Shown here: piece after piece, positions 55,522 through 64,000 of the stretch
Position numbering within the stretch: position 1 is the first letter of the stretch
How the letters are laid out: the number at the start of each line of letters is the position of its first letter
Assembly: GCA_035389045.1 (NCBI GenBank)
Contig: DAOORA010000001.1
Location: 9,458 to 73,457 of the forward strand
Direction: 5' to 3'
Length of the DNA: 64,000 nucleotides
Source of the DNA: Bacteroidales bacterium
GTDB lineage: Bacteria; Bacteroidota; Bacteroidia; Bacteroidales; CAIWKO01
Made by a program: the position numbers and the translations under genes
Notes under the pieces: model-generated
The model's input: the letters and a program-made list of their open reading frames with translations, nothing else
Told to the model about the DNA's origin: nothing
Database searches by the model: none

Positions 55522-56988
55522 TCAATCAAGAATAATTATTTTTCTGGTTACTATCCTGTTATCGCAGAATGAAAATAAGGCAAAATAAACCCCGGCATTT
55601 AATTGCCTGATGTCGATCGTTTCATTAGTTCCGGAAAGCGTTTTTGTGAGCACCATCTGTCCTTCGGGATTGAACAGGTTCATGTTCTTCAGAGGAACCA
55701 ATGACGTAATATTCAACATGTCTTTAGCAGGATTTGGATGGATGGACAATAACTTGCATATATCCAGAGAATCATTGATGCCGGCAGTTACCATTGAACC
55801 ACAACTTATTGCGTTCTTTTTGAAATAGACCATGTCCGAATGACGCCCCCACCCATAAGGAGGCATATATGTAACGCTTGACGAGGAATAATACATTCCC
55901 AGACCGGCAACAAGCACCGTATGTGAAATGACAGGAGGTCCCGGCTCACTATTGACACACCAACTGGTATCCAGCGCGCAATACTCATGAAAATAGCTAT
56001 CACTGTTATTGTATAGTGTCCACAATTTCATACCACAGTAATCAACTAAGCCAAGGCGCTTGATACTGTTCCCAACAGGTTTTTCGAAAGGGATCTGTGC
56101 TAATACAATATGACGATAATATTTCAGTTGAACAGTATCAACATGCAGGATCAATGAATCCGCATAAAAATATTCTTTCACAGCGCTGTAAATAACCGAA
56201 TCCGTAGTCTCAGTCCTGCTTAGAATAAAATATTTAACATATCTGCTGTAATTATAAAAAGGCGGTCCGCCCTGCTGATAATATGCTTCATGATATTGAA
56301 ATTCATCCCCGGGCTGATAATCATAAATCATTTCATCAGTAACTTCAGTAAGGCCTCCGGCCGGGGAAACATTTCCGATCAATGTAAGGGGTTTAAGTAC
56401 CTGGGGGAAAGAGTCGATCTGGAAAAACCTCATTAGTCCAAAGTTTTTTGAAATGATGATGTTCTGTTGATTTAAGGGTGAACTGATCGTGTTTCCACCC
56501 GGATCGGCATGCATGATTGTGTAATATCTTGCCGAATCAGCGTTTCCGAATACCCCAAGCGTGTCGGAATTTTGATAAACGAAAAGAAATTTTTGTGATG
56601 CATCCTGAAAAAAGACCTGAGTGTCAGCAGGATTTGTATTGAAATCAAAATGTAGGGTATCACCGGAAAGATTGAAGAACTTATAGGCAGAATTGTTATC
56701 ATGCAGCATTTTTGCACCGGCCCAGGATGGAGTTTTTTGCTGATGACAAAAATAGCTGATGAAATGGCAGGAATCGCCACCAAAAGGTATATCATTCAAC
56801 AGCATAAAATTATAATAAACAGTGTCACTGTTCACTACATCCACCATGTCGAACGACATGCTGTAAGTACGTATTGGTGCGGGGAAATCTATAAAAAGTT
56901 TTTTCGAAGAAGGTGTAAACAGTTTGTAATTTTGGCTAAAGGACATGCAGGAAATAAAAACAAGAAAAATAGCAAACGCTTTCTTCAT
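55522..56988 (-). CDS. Secreted protein with T9SS C-terminal sorting domain
   Basis: Start moved to MKKAFAIFLVFISCMSFSQ. C-terminus LSIHPNPAKDMLNI...NAGVYFALFSF. Confidence 0.7.
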   Translation of the reverse strand: MKKAFAIFLVFISCMSFSQNYKLFTPSSKKLFIDFPAPIRTYSMSFDMVDVVNSDTVYYNFMLLNDIPFGGDSCHFISYFCHQQKTPSWAGAKMLHDNNSAYKFFNLSGDTLHFDFNTNPADTQVFFQDASQKFLFVYQNSDTLGVFGNADSARYYTIMHADPGGNTISSPLNQQNIIISKNFGLMRFFQIDSFPQVLKPLTLIGNVSPAGGLTEVTDEMIYDYQPGDEFQYHEAYYQQGGPPFYNYSRYVKYFILSRTETTDSVIYSAVKEYFYADSLILHVDTVQLKYYRHIVLAQIPFEKPVGNSIKRLGLVDYCGMKLWTLYNNSDSYFHEYCALDTSWCVNSEPGPPVISHTVLVAGLGMYYSSSSVTYMPPYGWGRHSDMVYFKKNAISCGSMVTAGINDSLDICKLLSIHPNPAKDMLNITSLVPLKNMNLFNPEGQMVLTKTLSGTNETIDIRQLNAGVYFALFSFCDNRIVTRKIIILD

Positions 56989-57067
56989 AATCAAAAATTT
57001 ATTTTGCAAATATAAACATATAAACCACAACAAACCAATTCCTTGCAACTCATTTTATTACAAACAG

Positions 57068-57703
57068 TTACCTGATAAAATTAAAATACGCTTTCTTCTC
57101 TTTTTCAGGCGGTTCGATAGTTTCCGACGCGGCTTCTTTCATCTTTAACAGCCATGCCATATTTTTTCCCAGCACACGCATGATCTGTCTGCCTTCAACA
57201 TCTTGTTCAGCCTCACCGGGCGCTGCACCGTGTATCACGTTCCAGTAGTTGGAGGTGGCCAGGATCATCTCTGAATAAGAAAGATAATGGTTTAGACAAT
57301 CAAGGGCAGCCGAACCACCTGTTCTCCGCACTGCTACAACAGCTGCTGCCACCTTATAACGGAAGAAATTTCCATTGGCTCCGGAAACAAAGAACAAGCG
57401 GTCAAGAAAGCTTTTCATCGTACCTGCTATGCCTGAATAATAAACCGGGGAGCCAAGGATAATGCCATCGGCCTCTTTTATCTCCGGTATCCACTGATTC
57501 AGGCCGTCGGTATCTACGGCGCACTTTTCATTACGGTTGATGGCACACCGTCCGCAACCAAGACAGCCATGTATCATTTTATGCCCGATATGGAGTATCT
57601 CAAACTCAATTCCCGCGGCTTTAAGCTCCTCGCCTGCCATGTTCAGCGCATGGAACGTGTTGCCTTCTTTTTTGGGACTGCCGTTTATTGCTATTACTTT
57701 CAT
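57068..57703 (-). CDS. Iron-sulfur flavoprotein / NADPH-dependent FMN reductase family
   Basis: MKVIAINGSPKKEGNT flavodoxin-like N-terminus. Compact Cys motif CLGCGRCAINRNEKC (CX2CX2CX7C). Confidence 0.7.
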   Translation of the reverse strand: MKVIAINGSPKKEGNTFHALNMAGEELKAAGIEFEILHIGHKMIHGCLGCGRCAINRNEKCAVDTDGLNQWIPEIKEADGIILGSPVYYSGIAGTMKSFLDRLFFVSGANGNFFRYKVAAAVVAVRRTGGSAALDCLNHYLSYSEMILATSNYWNVIHGAAPGEAEQDVEGRQIMRVLGKNMAWLLKMKEAASETIEPPEKEKKAYFNFIR

Positions 57704-57947
57704 ATATTATTTTATCTATATTTCTTTGAAATAATTGTTATACCTTGACAAGAGCAGACCGGTATAATGAAAAAGGCACATTGAATCCAGTTTGTCAAAT
57801 TTTCCAGATTTCACTATTATCATCTCCGATAAATTATTCTATGACATAAAATAAAAACATACAGAGTATATGAGCCGAGAGCTTTTATTTTTAACAAATG
57901 CACTGCTGCCGGCTTCCAACCGTCAAGGTTAAAAAAAACAGGATATG

Positions 57948-58601
57948 CTATTTGCAGTTTTTCACAATAAAACTTCCGAGGTTTTTTCCCGCAACCTGAT
58001 ACGAGCCCATAATTCTCAGGCCACCATCATAATTGGCAAAAGAAACAGATGAACCAATTACTTTGTTTACCATAATAACGGCCAGTTCATTTGAAGGATT
58101 AGCCGTTTCGATCAGGGTTGCCTGAAGGTCGATGTACGTATCTTCCCCTACTGACTTCCCCATAACGGAAACCCCGGTATAAACGCCCGGTTCTGTTTTG
58201 ATGGTTTGAATTTTCAGTGTATAAGGGGTAGAAGCCTCCCCTGTCACGGAAGTAGCAACAATGCCCAGCTTTTTTATGGAAACGTTAAACCACTTCATAA
58301 ATTCAGGTTCGAAACGCGCTGTCCTGTCTTCTTTCCATTTTACAGCCCATTCATCGCCCGAACCCGCTTTCATCTTATTCTGTTCCTGGGTTTTCTTGAT
58401 AATGTAGTTTTCTTCCGTCATATCACCTACCAACATGCTATCATAGGAAAATATAACACTCAGGGCTGTCTGCCCTTTTAGGTCTTTTACGCTGCCACTG
58501 GTCAATTTTACAGAACCGTTTATGAATCCCGGCTGGGCATAGCTGATGCCAGAAACAAATACCATGGCAATGATCCATAAAAAAAACCTTTTTGTTTTCA
58601 T
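57948..58601 (-). CDS. Secreted hypothetical protein (217 aa)
   Basis: Signal peptide MKTKRFFLWIIAMVFVSGISYAQ. No motif recognised. Confidence 0.5.
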   Translation of the reverse strand: MKTKRFFLWIIAMVFVSGISYAQPGFINGSVKLTSGSVKDLKGQTALSVIFSYDSMLVGDMTEENYIIKKTQEQNKMKAGSGDEWAVKWKEDRTARFEPEFMKWFNVSIKKLGIVATSVTGEASTPYTLKIQTIKTEPGVYTGVSVMGKSVGEDTYIDLQATLIETANPSNELAVIMVNKVIGSSVSFANYDGGLRIMGSYQVAGKNLGSFIVKNCK

Positions 58602-58768
58602 AAATATTTCTTTTTGGTTTAATGTGATTTTTTACAACAACAAAGATAACATAATATCATCAAAAAAGTTTTTCTGGTTATTAAAACCGTTTTGACCGAC
58701 ACAAAAATAATTGTATTATAAACCTTATTAGCATCGGATTGAACAAAAACAAGAGTGATTGCTGTTCT

Positions 58769-60874
58769 TTATTTCTTCACCAGAATCAGACTTCTGCTTT
58801 TATCATTTATAGAAGCATAAACAAAATACGTTCCGCCTGCATATTTTGACATATCCAGCTTTACACTGTGATTCCCGGGTTTCAGTTCCTCATTAACGGG
58901 CATTTCAAGCTGTTTTCCGTTGGCATCCAGCAATAAAATCTGTACTTTGCTGCTTTCATTCAACTGTAAATCAATGTTTGCGATCTCTTTGACCGGGTTA
59001 GGCCATAAAGAAATCTCAGCCGGATAACCTGATGAAAAATCTTCTGATATTCCGATAATTCCTGATAGTTGACTATGCCACACTCCTTTGATGTCGACGC
59101 CGGCAAACAGCTTCGTTCCCGAAACAGCCAGAGATCCGACAGGCATATGCGGCAAATTTAACGTAACATCAGACCAGGATGCTCCATTATTTGAGCTGGT
59201 ATAGATTCCAGCTACCGTTCCTGCAAAAATGTGATTTCCGGAGGCCGACATGGACAGAATCATAGGCACACCCAGCCCACCGTTTACAGCAGTCCATGAA
59301 CTTCCTGAATTGGAAGAAATAAAAACGCCCGCATTGGTAGATCCTGCAAACACATTACTTCCGGAAATCACCAGCGATCCGACAGCAACGCCCTGTATGC
59401 CGGTTCCCGGGGTCTGCCAGGTAGTCCCGTTGTTTAACGAAACGTAAACGCCTTCCGCTGTTCCTGCATAAATAGTACTCCCGGAAACAGCAAGGGCAGC
59501 CACAATCTGAGATGTCGTCGGGATACTTACACTATTCCATGAAACACCAAAATCAGATGAAACAAAGACACCCCCGTTAGTGGTACCGGCGTATATGTTA
59601 TTTCCGTAACTACACAAAGCATAGATCGCCCCATTGACAAGCCCGGAATTGGCACTGTTCCATGTATTGCCACTGTCTGCTGACCTAAAAACACCCCCGC
59701 CATTAGTGCCGGCAAAAACATAAGAACCTGCCACGGTAAAATCCTGAACCTGCATGTTTGTAATTCCTGCAGTATCCCAGCGCCATGTATAGCCCTCATC
59801 AGGAGATGAAAACAGTCCGGCATTCGCAGTTCCGGCATAAATATTCACACCATTGGCAATAAGAGCAACAGGCGTGGTATTGGGAAGTCCGGTATTGGAA
59901 GAAGCCCAGGTCACACCGTTATCGTCGGTAACCTGAACACCTCCGTTTTGTTCACTTCCGGCAAATACCCTGGCACCAATTGTTTCCATTGAAACAAAAT
60001 TTTTATCACAACGGCGTTTCAGGTTAGGATTACGATCATCCCAGCTTGTTCCGCCATTGTCGGATGTAAACATACCCTGGTTCCAGACACCGGCATAAAG
60101 CCGTGTGCCATTCTGGGTAAGAGCGGTTACTATCGGATACGTTCCGGTATAAGAATCAGGCAAGCCATTGGAGCACCGTACCCAGCTAAAGCCGCTGTTC
60201 AGAGATTTATAAACTCCTGCTCCGGTTCCAGCGTATATGGTCGAACCGGATGTATAAAATGTAAAAACGCCTGCCACTATATTCATAGGTGGCGGCACCG
60301 GCAAAGTAAGACCGGTATTCATTGGCACCCAGCTCAAACCATTATTGACCGATAAAAATGCGCCATTAGGTGTACCCACCCACAGACTGTCTCCCTTTAT
60401 CAGCAATGCCCGTGTCTCTGTTTCTGCTAATCCCGTAACCGGGCTCCAGCTGCTGCCATGGTCAGTTGAAGTAAAAAGACCATGATTATTGGAAGAAAGA
60501 AACAATAAAGAAGATTTATATTGAATATGAAGCACATCAGTTCCTGATGGCAGGCCTGTGTTTGACGGTACCCAGCCGGCACCGCTGTTGGTGGAACGAT
60601 ATACTCCGTCTGAGGTCCCTGCCAAAATAGTTAAACCGTTTACCTCAATGGTCCGGACTTTGATATTTTGCATCCCGTTGTTAATAGGCGTCCAGCTGCT
60701 CCCATGGTTCACTGATTTATACACACCATCAATCGTACCGATATAAATATCGGTTCCATCAAAAGTAAAGCAGCTTATGGCGCCGGAGTATGGCCCCATG
60801 GTCTGCTGCCACTGAGCCGAAACAGTTGAACATATGAGCAGAAAAATACATAATAAAACACATGATTTTTTCAT
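58769..60874 (-). CDS. BNR/Asp-box (sortilin-Vps10/xyloglucanase-like) repeat protein with T9SS C-terminal domain
   Basis: More than ten S-x-(D/N)-x-G-x-(S/T)-W repeats (SVNHGSSWTP, STNSGAGWVP, STDHGSSWSP...). C-terminus LWPNPVKEIANIDL...GGTYFVYASI. Confidence 0.8.
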   Translation of the reverse strand: MKKSCVLLCIFLLICSTVSAQWQQTMGPYSGAISCFTFDGTDIYIGTIDGVYKSVNHGSSWTPINNGMQNIKVRTIEVNGLTILAGTSDGVYRSTNSGAGWVPSNTGLPSGTDVLHIQYKSSLLFLSSNNHGLFTSTDHGSSWSPVTGLAETETRALLIKGDSLWVGTPNGAFLSVNNGLSWVPMNTGLTLPVPPPMNIVAGVFTFYTSGSTIYAGTGAGVYKSLNSGFSWVRCSNGLPDSYTGTYPIVTALTQNGTRLYAGVWNQGMFTSDNGGTSWDDRNPNLKRRCDKNFVSMETIGARVFAGSEQNGGVQVTDDNGVTWASSNTGLPNTTPVALIANGVNIYAGTANAGLFSSPDEGYTWRWDTAGITNMQVQDFTVAGSYVFAGTNGGGVFRSADSGNTWNSANSGLVNGAIYALCSYGNNIYAGTTNGGVFVSSDFGVSWNSVSIPTTSQIVAALAVSGSTIYAGTAEGVYVSLNNGTTWQTPGTGIQGVAVGSLVISGSNVFAGSTNAGVFISSNSGSSWTAVNGGLGVPMILSMSASGNHIFAGTVAGIYTSSNNGASWSDVTLNLPHMPVGSLAVSGTKLFAGVDIKGVWHSQLSGIIGISEDFSSGYPAEISLWPNPVKEIANIDLQLNESSKVQILLLDANGKQLEMPVNEELKPGNHSVKLDMSKYAGGTYFVYASINDKSRSLILVKK

Positions 60875-60960
60875 AGCCAGAAGTATTTATTTGTTGAAAA
60901 TTCAAATTTATAACAATTGATCCGTATTACTATCAATAATGCCGCATTGCTGTACACTTT

Positions 60961-61542
60961 TTAAATATTATGATCTATTTCAATATCATATTTTTCTAAT
61001 AAGCCCGTCACACCGTACAAAGAAAACTTAGCTTTTTTAATCCGGTTATTTTCCGGGTCTATTGAATAATGGCGGGATTGCCTCAGATCGGTCTTCTCGA
61101 TGATCGTATGATAAAATGTGGCTCTCATCATGTCGCAGTCATCAAATACAGTATCCGTAAGATCACATTCGGAGAAGTCTGCCTCCAGAAACATCGATTT
61201 CCTGAAAACCCTTTTTTTAAGTTTGGTTTTATAGAATGAAGAATGGTTCAGGTTGCAATTATTCAGATCGAAAGCAAAACCAAATTCATTACAGTCTTCG
61301 AACCTTAGCCCCATCATTTTGCATTCACGGAATTTTACATCACGGAAAGCTGTATTTACAAGTTTCGCCAGGCTAAGATTACAACAAATAAAATCACAGG
61401 CAGTGAATTTGACATCCGAAAGGTCAGATCCTGAAAAATCACAGTTTTTAAAAACGCAATTTTCATACTCAGCTTTTTCCAGTGGCGACGAGGTATAATT
61501 CTCTTTATCAAAGGTTCTGTTCTCAATATAAATCTTTCCCAT
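60961..61542 (-). CDS. Pentapeptide-repeat protein
   Basis: CDFSGSDLSDVKFTACDFICCNLSLAKLVNTAFRDVKFRECKMMGLRFEDCN shows period-5 repeats. Confidence 0.8.
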   Translation of the reverse strand: MGKIYIENRTFDKENYTSSPLEKAEYENCVFKNCDFSGSDLSDVKFTACDFICCNLSLAKLVNTAFRDVKFRECKMMGLRFEDCNEFGFAFDLNNCNLNHSSFYKTKLKKRVFRKSMFLEADFSECDLTDTVFDDCDMMRATFYHTIIEKTDLRQSRHYSIDPENNRIKKAKFSLYGVTGLLEKYDIEIDHNI

Positions 61543-61705
61543 TTCAGTTAATTACTTGTTTAAGATCATGTTAACATATGTTTTCACCAATGAAATAAAC
61601 GGGCATCAAAATAAAAACACTTTACATTCCACAGAAGACGCCGCACATCAGTAAAAATCAAAGTATTAAAAGGCTTAAACCGGAAAATATCCGGCCATAG
61701 TATTG

Positions 61706-62365
61706 TTAAACATCTACGATTTTATTCTTGATAGCGAATTTGATCAGATCGACAGTGCTTTTTAGTTTAAGTTTTTGCATAATATGATTTTTATGCGACT
61801 CAACGGTACGGATGCTGATAAATAGTCTGTCGGCAATTTCCTGGTTACTGGACCCTTCTGCAAAATGTTTCAGTATTTCTATCTCCCTTGAAGTGAGTTT
61901 ATCCTCTGAACGTTCGGATACCACATCCCCGGTCTTAGCTTTCTGGATATAACTTTTCAGGATGACGTTCGAGACGGATTCGCTGAAATATTCTTCACCG
62001 GTATATATAGCCCTGATGGCATCAATAAGCTCTTTCCGGGTAGTGTTTTTGGGCAAATATCCCTTGGCGCCAGACTTGATTGCATTGAAAATAAAGTCTT
62101 CGCCGGTATACATCGACAAGATAAGAACCTTGATCTTCGGATGTGTTTCCGACAGTCTCTTTGTTATTTCAAGACCAGAAATCTCAGGTAGCGAGATATC
62201 CATGATGATAATATCCGGATCCTGTAATTTAAGCTTTTCCCTGAGCACATGAAAATCTGATGCTTCGCTTATTACATCTATATCCTCAACATCCGTGAGC
62301 AATGATTTGATCCCGTCGCGAACAATCTGATGATCGTCAACCAATATGATTTTTATTTTTTCCAT
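61706..62365 (-). CDS. NarL/LuxR-family response regulator
   Basis: Receiver ILVDDHQIVRDG...DIIIMDISLP. C-terminal LuxR HTH LTSREIEILKHFAEGSSNQEIADRLFISIRTVESHK. Confidence 0.9.
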   Translation of the reverse strand: MEKIKIILVDDHQIVRDGIKSLLTDVEDIDVISEASDFHVLREKLKLQDPDIIIMDISLPEISGLEITKRLSETHPKIKVLILSMYTGEDFIFNAIKSGAKGYLPKNTTRKELIDAIRAIYTGEEYFSESVSNVILKSYIQKAKTGDVVSERSEDKLTSREIEILKHFAEGSSNQEIADRLFISIRTVESHKNHIMQKLKLKSTVDLIKFAIKNKIVDV

Positions 62366-62374
62366 GCATATTTA

Positions 62375-63646
62375 TTATGAATGATTCACAGGAATTTTAA
62401 CCTTCACTTCAGTGCCTTTCCCCAACTCAGAATGAACATTGAAAGTACCTTCAAGCATATTGGCCCGTTCGCGCATATTGTAAATCCCGTTTCCGACATA
62501 TTTATGTGTAGCGTCAAATTTAAAACCTTTTCCGTCATCAGCAATTGAAAGAATATAATAATTTTGCTTCATATCCAGTTTCACTGCAATCGCTGAAGCC
62601 TGAGCATGTTTTACCGAATTGGTGATGGCCTCCTGTGCGATACGGTACAGGTACATGCTGCATTTATTGGTAAGCTGTTTGGGATTTATTTTTTGCTCTG
62701 CTTCAAAGTTTATCATGATGCCTGTATGTTCAGATGTTTCGTTGGATAATTTTCTGAGAGCATTGACAATACCGAATTCTTTCAGCCCGGATGGCATCAG
62801 GTTGTTTGAGATAGACCGGACATCATCAATGGTTTTATTAAGTAATATGCGAAGGTCATTATGCCTCTTGGTGTTCTTTTCGTCGGTTACTTCAATACTT
62901 TCAAGTTTCAGCTTCAGCGCAATCAGCGATTGCCCCAGACCATCATGCAGTTCCCGTGCCAGGCGTTGCCGTTCAATTTCCTGCCCGTCGATCACCCACG
63001 AAAGACGCTTTAATCGTTCCTCCTTTAACTGTTTCTCTACCGCCACCCGCTTTGAAATATCGCGGATCACAGAAGCAATGATCATTTTACTTTTATATTC
63101 AATAGCGCTTTCCTGCACTTCTATGGGTATTTTTTTTCCGTCTTTTTTGATAATTAGTGTTTCGTAGGTAAATGGCTTCAGGGGAATTTTAAAACCGCTT
63201 CCCGTTTGCCTTTCCTGAAATAATTCTTTCACAGGCATGTTTTCCAGTTCTTTTTCCAAGTACCCGGTCAACTTGGAAATGGCCTGATTTACCAATAAAA
63301 TCAAACCATTGTCATGCAATATGATGCCGTCAATGGTTGCATCATAAAAATGCCGGAGTCTTTCCTCGCGTTCTGCTGTCTGATCGCAGCGCTGTTTATA
63401 ATCGGAAATAAGTTTTTTTATTGACCCCGCCTTCTCCTTTGCTCCGGTCAGTAAAGCTATGTTCTTACGGATTTTCATTAAAATAAAATACCGGAAAACA
63501 AAAATAAAAACCAAAGAAAAGCCAATACCCAAAAGTATCCCGTGTATAAATACTGTCATATAAAATATTAGAACCGTCAAATAATCACCAGCAAATATAT
63601 AACTTAGCCGGCAGAAATTGTTCTGCATTTTAAATTTCATTATCAT
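62375..63646 (-). CDS. Membrane sensor histidine kinase (PAS + HisKA_3 + HATPase)
   Basis: H-box RLARELHDGLGQSL, ADDGKGF...GNGIYNMRERA. Two N-terminal TM segments. Exact start uncertain. Confidence 0.85.
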   Translation of the reverse strand: MIMKFKMQNNFCRLSYIFAGDYLTVLIFYMTVFIHGILLGIGFSLVFIFVFRYFILMKIRKNIALLTGAKEKAGSIKKLISDYKQRCDQTAEREERLRHFYDATIDGIILHDNGLILLVNQAISKLTGYLEKELENMPVKELFQERQTGSGFKIPLKPFTYETLIIKKDGKKIPIEVQESAIEYKSKMIIASVIRDISKRVAVEKQLKEERLKRLSWVIDGQEIERQRLARELHDGLGQSLIALKLKLESIEVTDEKNTKRHNDLRILLNKTIDDVRSISNNLMPSGLKEFGIVNALRKLSNETSEHTGIMINFEAEQKINPKQLTNKCSMYLYRIAQEAITNSVKHAQASAIAVKLDMKQNYYILSIADDGKGFKFDATHKYVGNGIYNMRERANMLEGTFNVHSELGKGTEVKVKIPVNHS

Positions 63647-63669
63647 AATTTTTCAAAATCATAAATAAT

Positions 63670-64000
63670 ATGATACTCATCGCCGACAGCGGCTCTACCA
63701 AAACACACTGGAAACTGCTGAAAAAAGACCACACCACCGAAACTTATTATACCAAGGGGCTAAATCCTCATTTTACTGATGAAAGTGCCTTTTCAAAGGT
63801 ATTGACCCATGACCTGAATATCCCCAAAGAAGCCGTGACGGCATTGTATTTTTACGGTTCAGGCTGTGGCACAAAAAAAATGGTGTTGTTTGTAAAGAAC
63901 CACCTGAAAACCTTTTTCGCTTCATCAGATATTTTTGTTTACAGTGATCTTTTTGGCGCAGCCAGGGCTTTGCTGGGAAATAACAGCGGTATTGCCTGTA
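63670..64000 (+). CDS. BadF/BadG/BcrA/BcrD-type ATPase (N-acetylglucosamine kinase-like), 3' partial
   Basis: MILIADSGSTKTHWKLL...YFYGSGCG. The frame stays open to the window end. Confidence 0.65.
   Translation, partial: MILIADSGSTKTHWKLLKKDHTTETYYTKGLNPHFTDESAFSKVLTHDLNIPKEAVTALYFYGSGCGTKKMVLFVKNHLKTFFASSDIFVYSDLFGAARALLGNNSGIAC

Overview
This 64 kb window looks like a Bacteroidota chromosome. That is an inference from four proteins with T9SS C-terminal sorting domains, FISUMP and DUF1566 lipoproteins, and TAnnTTTG-type -7 boxes. All calls rest on reading the translated ORFs and the DNA by eye; no searches or computations were run.

- **1-2.7 kb:** 3' part of a large T9SS adhesin-like protein.
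- **2.7-3.5 kb:** two tandem copies of a roughly 350-nt, hairpin-rich element.
- **3.8-21.2 kb (all minus strand):** a lipid or pigment-type biosynthetic cluster. It has two B12-binding radical SAM enzymes, a KASIII, two crotonases, a hotdog thioesterase, two C45-TPR paralogs and a CrtI-like FAD oxidoreductase. It also has an MMPL/acyltransferase/methyltransferase fusion, a GT2-DUF2062 protein and a PlsC-like acyltransferase.
- **21.3 kb:** tRNA-Arg(ACG), followed by a visibly AT-rich accessory (defence-type) island running to about 37.5 kb with no recognisable integrase. The island contains:
  - GIY-YIG remnants and small unknown genes.
  - A 550-bp word-like repeat tract.
  - RhuM, and a decayed KilA-N gene flanked by roughly 190-bp direct repeats.
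  - A tightly coupled five-gene operon: XRE controller, HsdM, HsdS, a McrB-like AAA+ protein with a degenerate methyltransferase-like N-domain, and a McrC-like PD-(D/E)xK nuclease. No HsdR is present. This is the best candidate for a new system.
  - A HEPN/zinc-ribbon protein behind a structured leader.
  - Two modules that each carry a paralog of a small unknown protein.
  - A 28-nt dyad motif upstream of four transcription units.
- **37.8-64 kb (mostly core genes):**
  - A short CDF transporter, a LamG/P-domain T9SS protein, lipoproteins and a DUF2148 protein.
  - A MORN protein, clpX-clpP-tig and tRNA-Leu(TAG) with repeated 3'-end copies.
  - A DMT transporter.
  - A PLP enzyme, DpaL and molybdenum hydroxylase cluster.
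  - More T9SS cargo proteins, an Isf-like flavoprotein and a pentapeptide-repeat protein.
  - A NarL-type two-component pair and a partial BadF-type ATPase gene.
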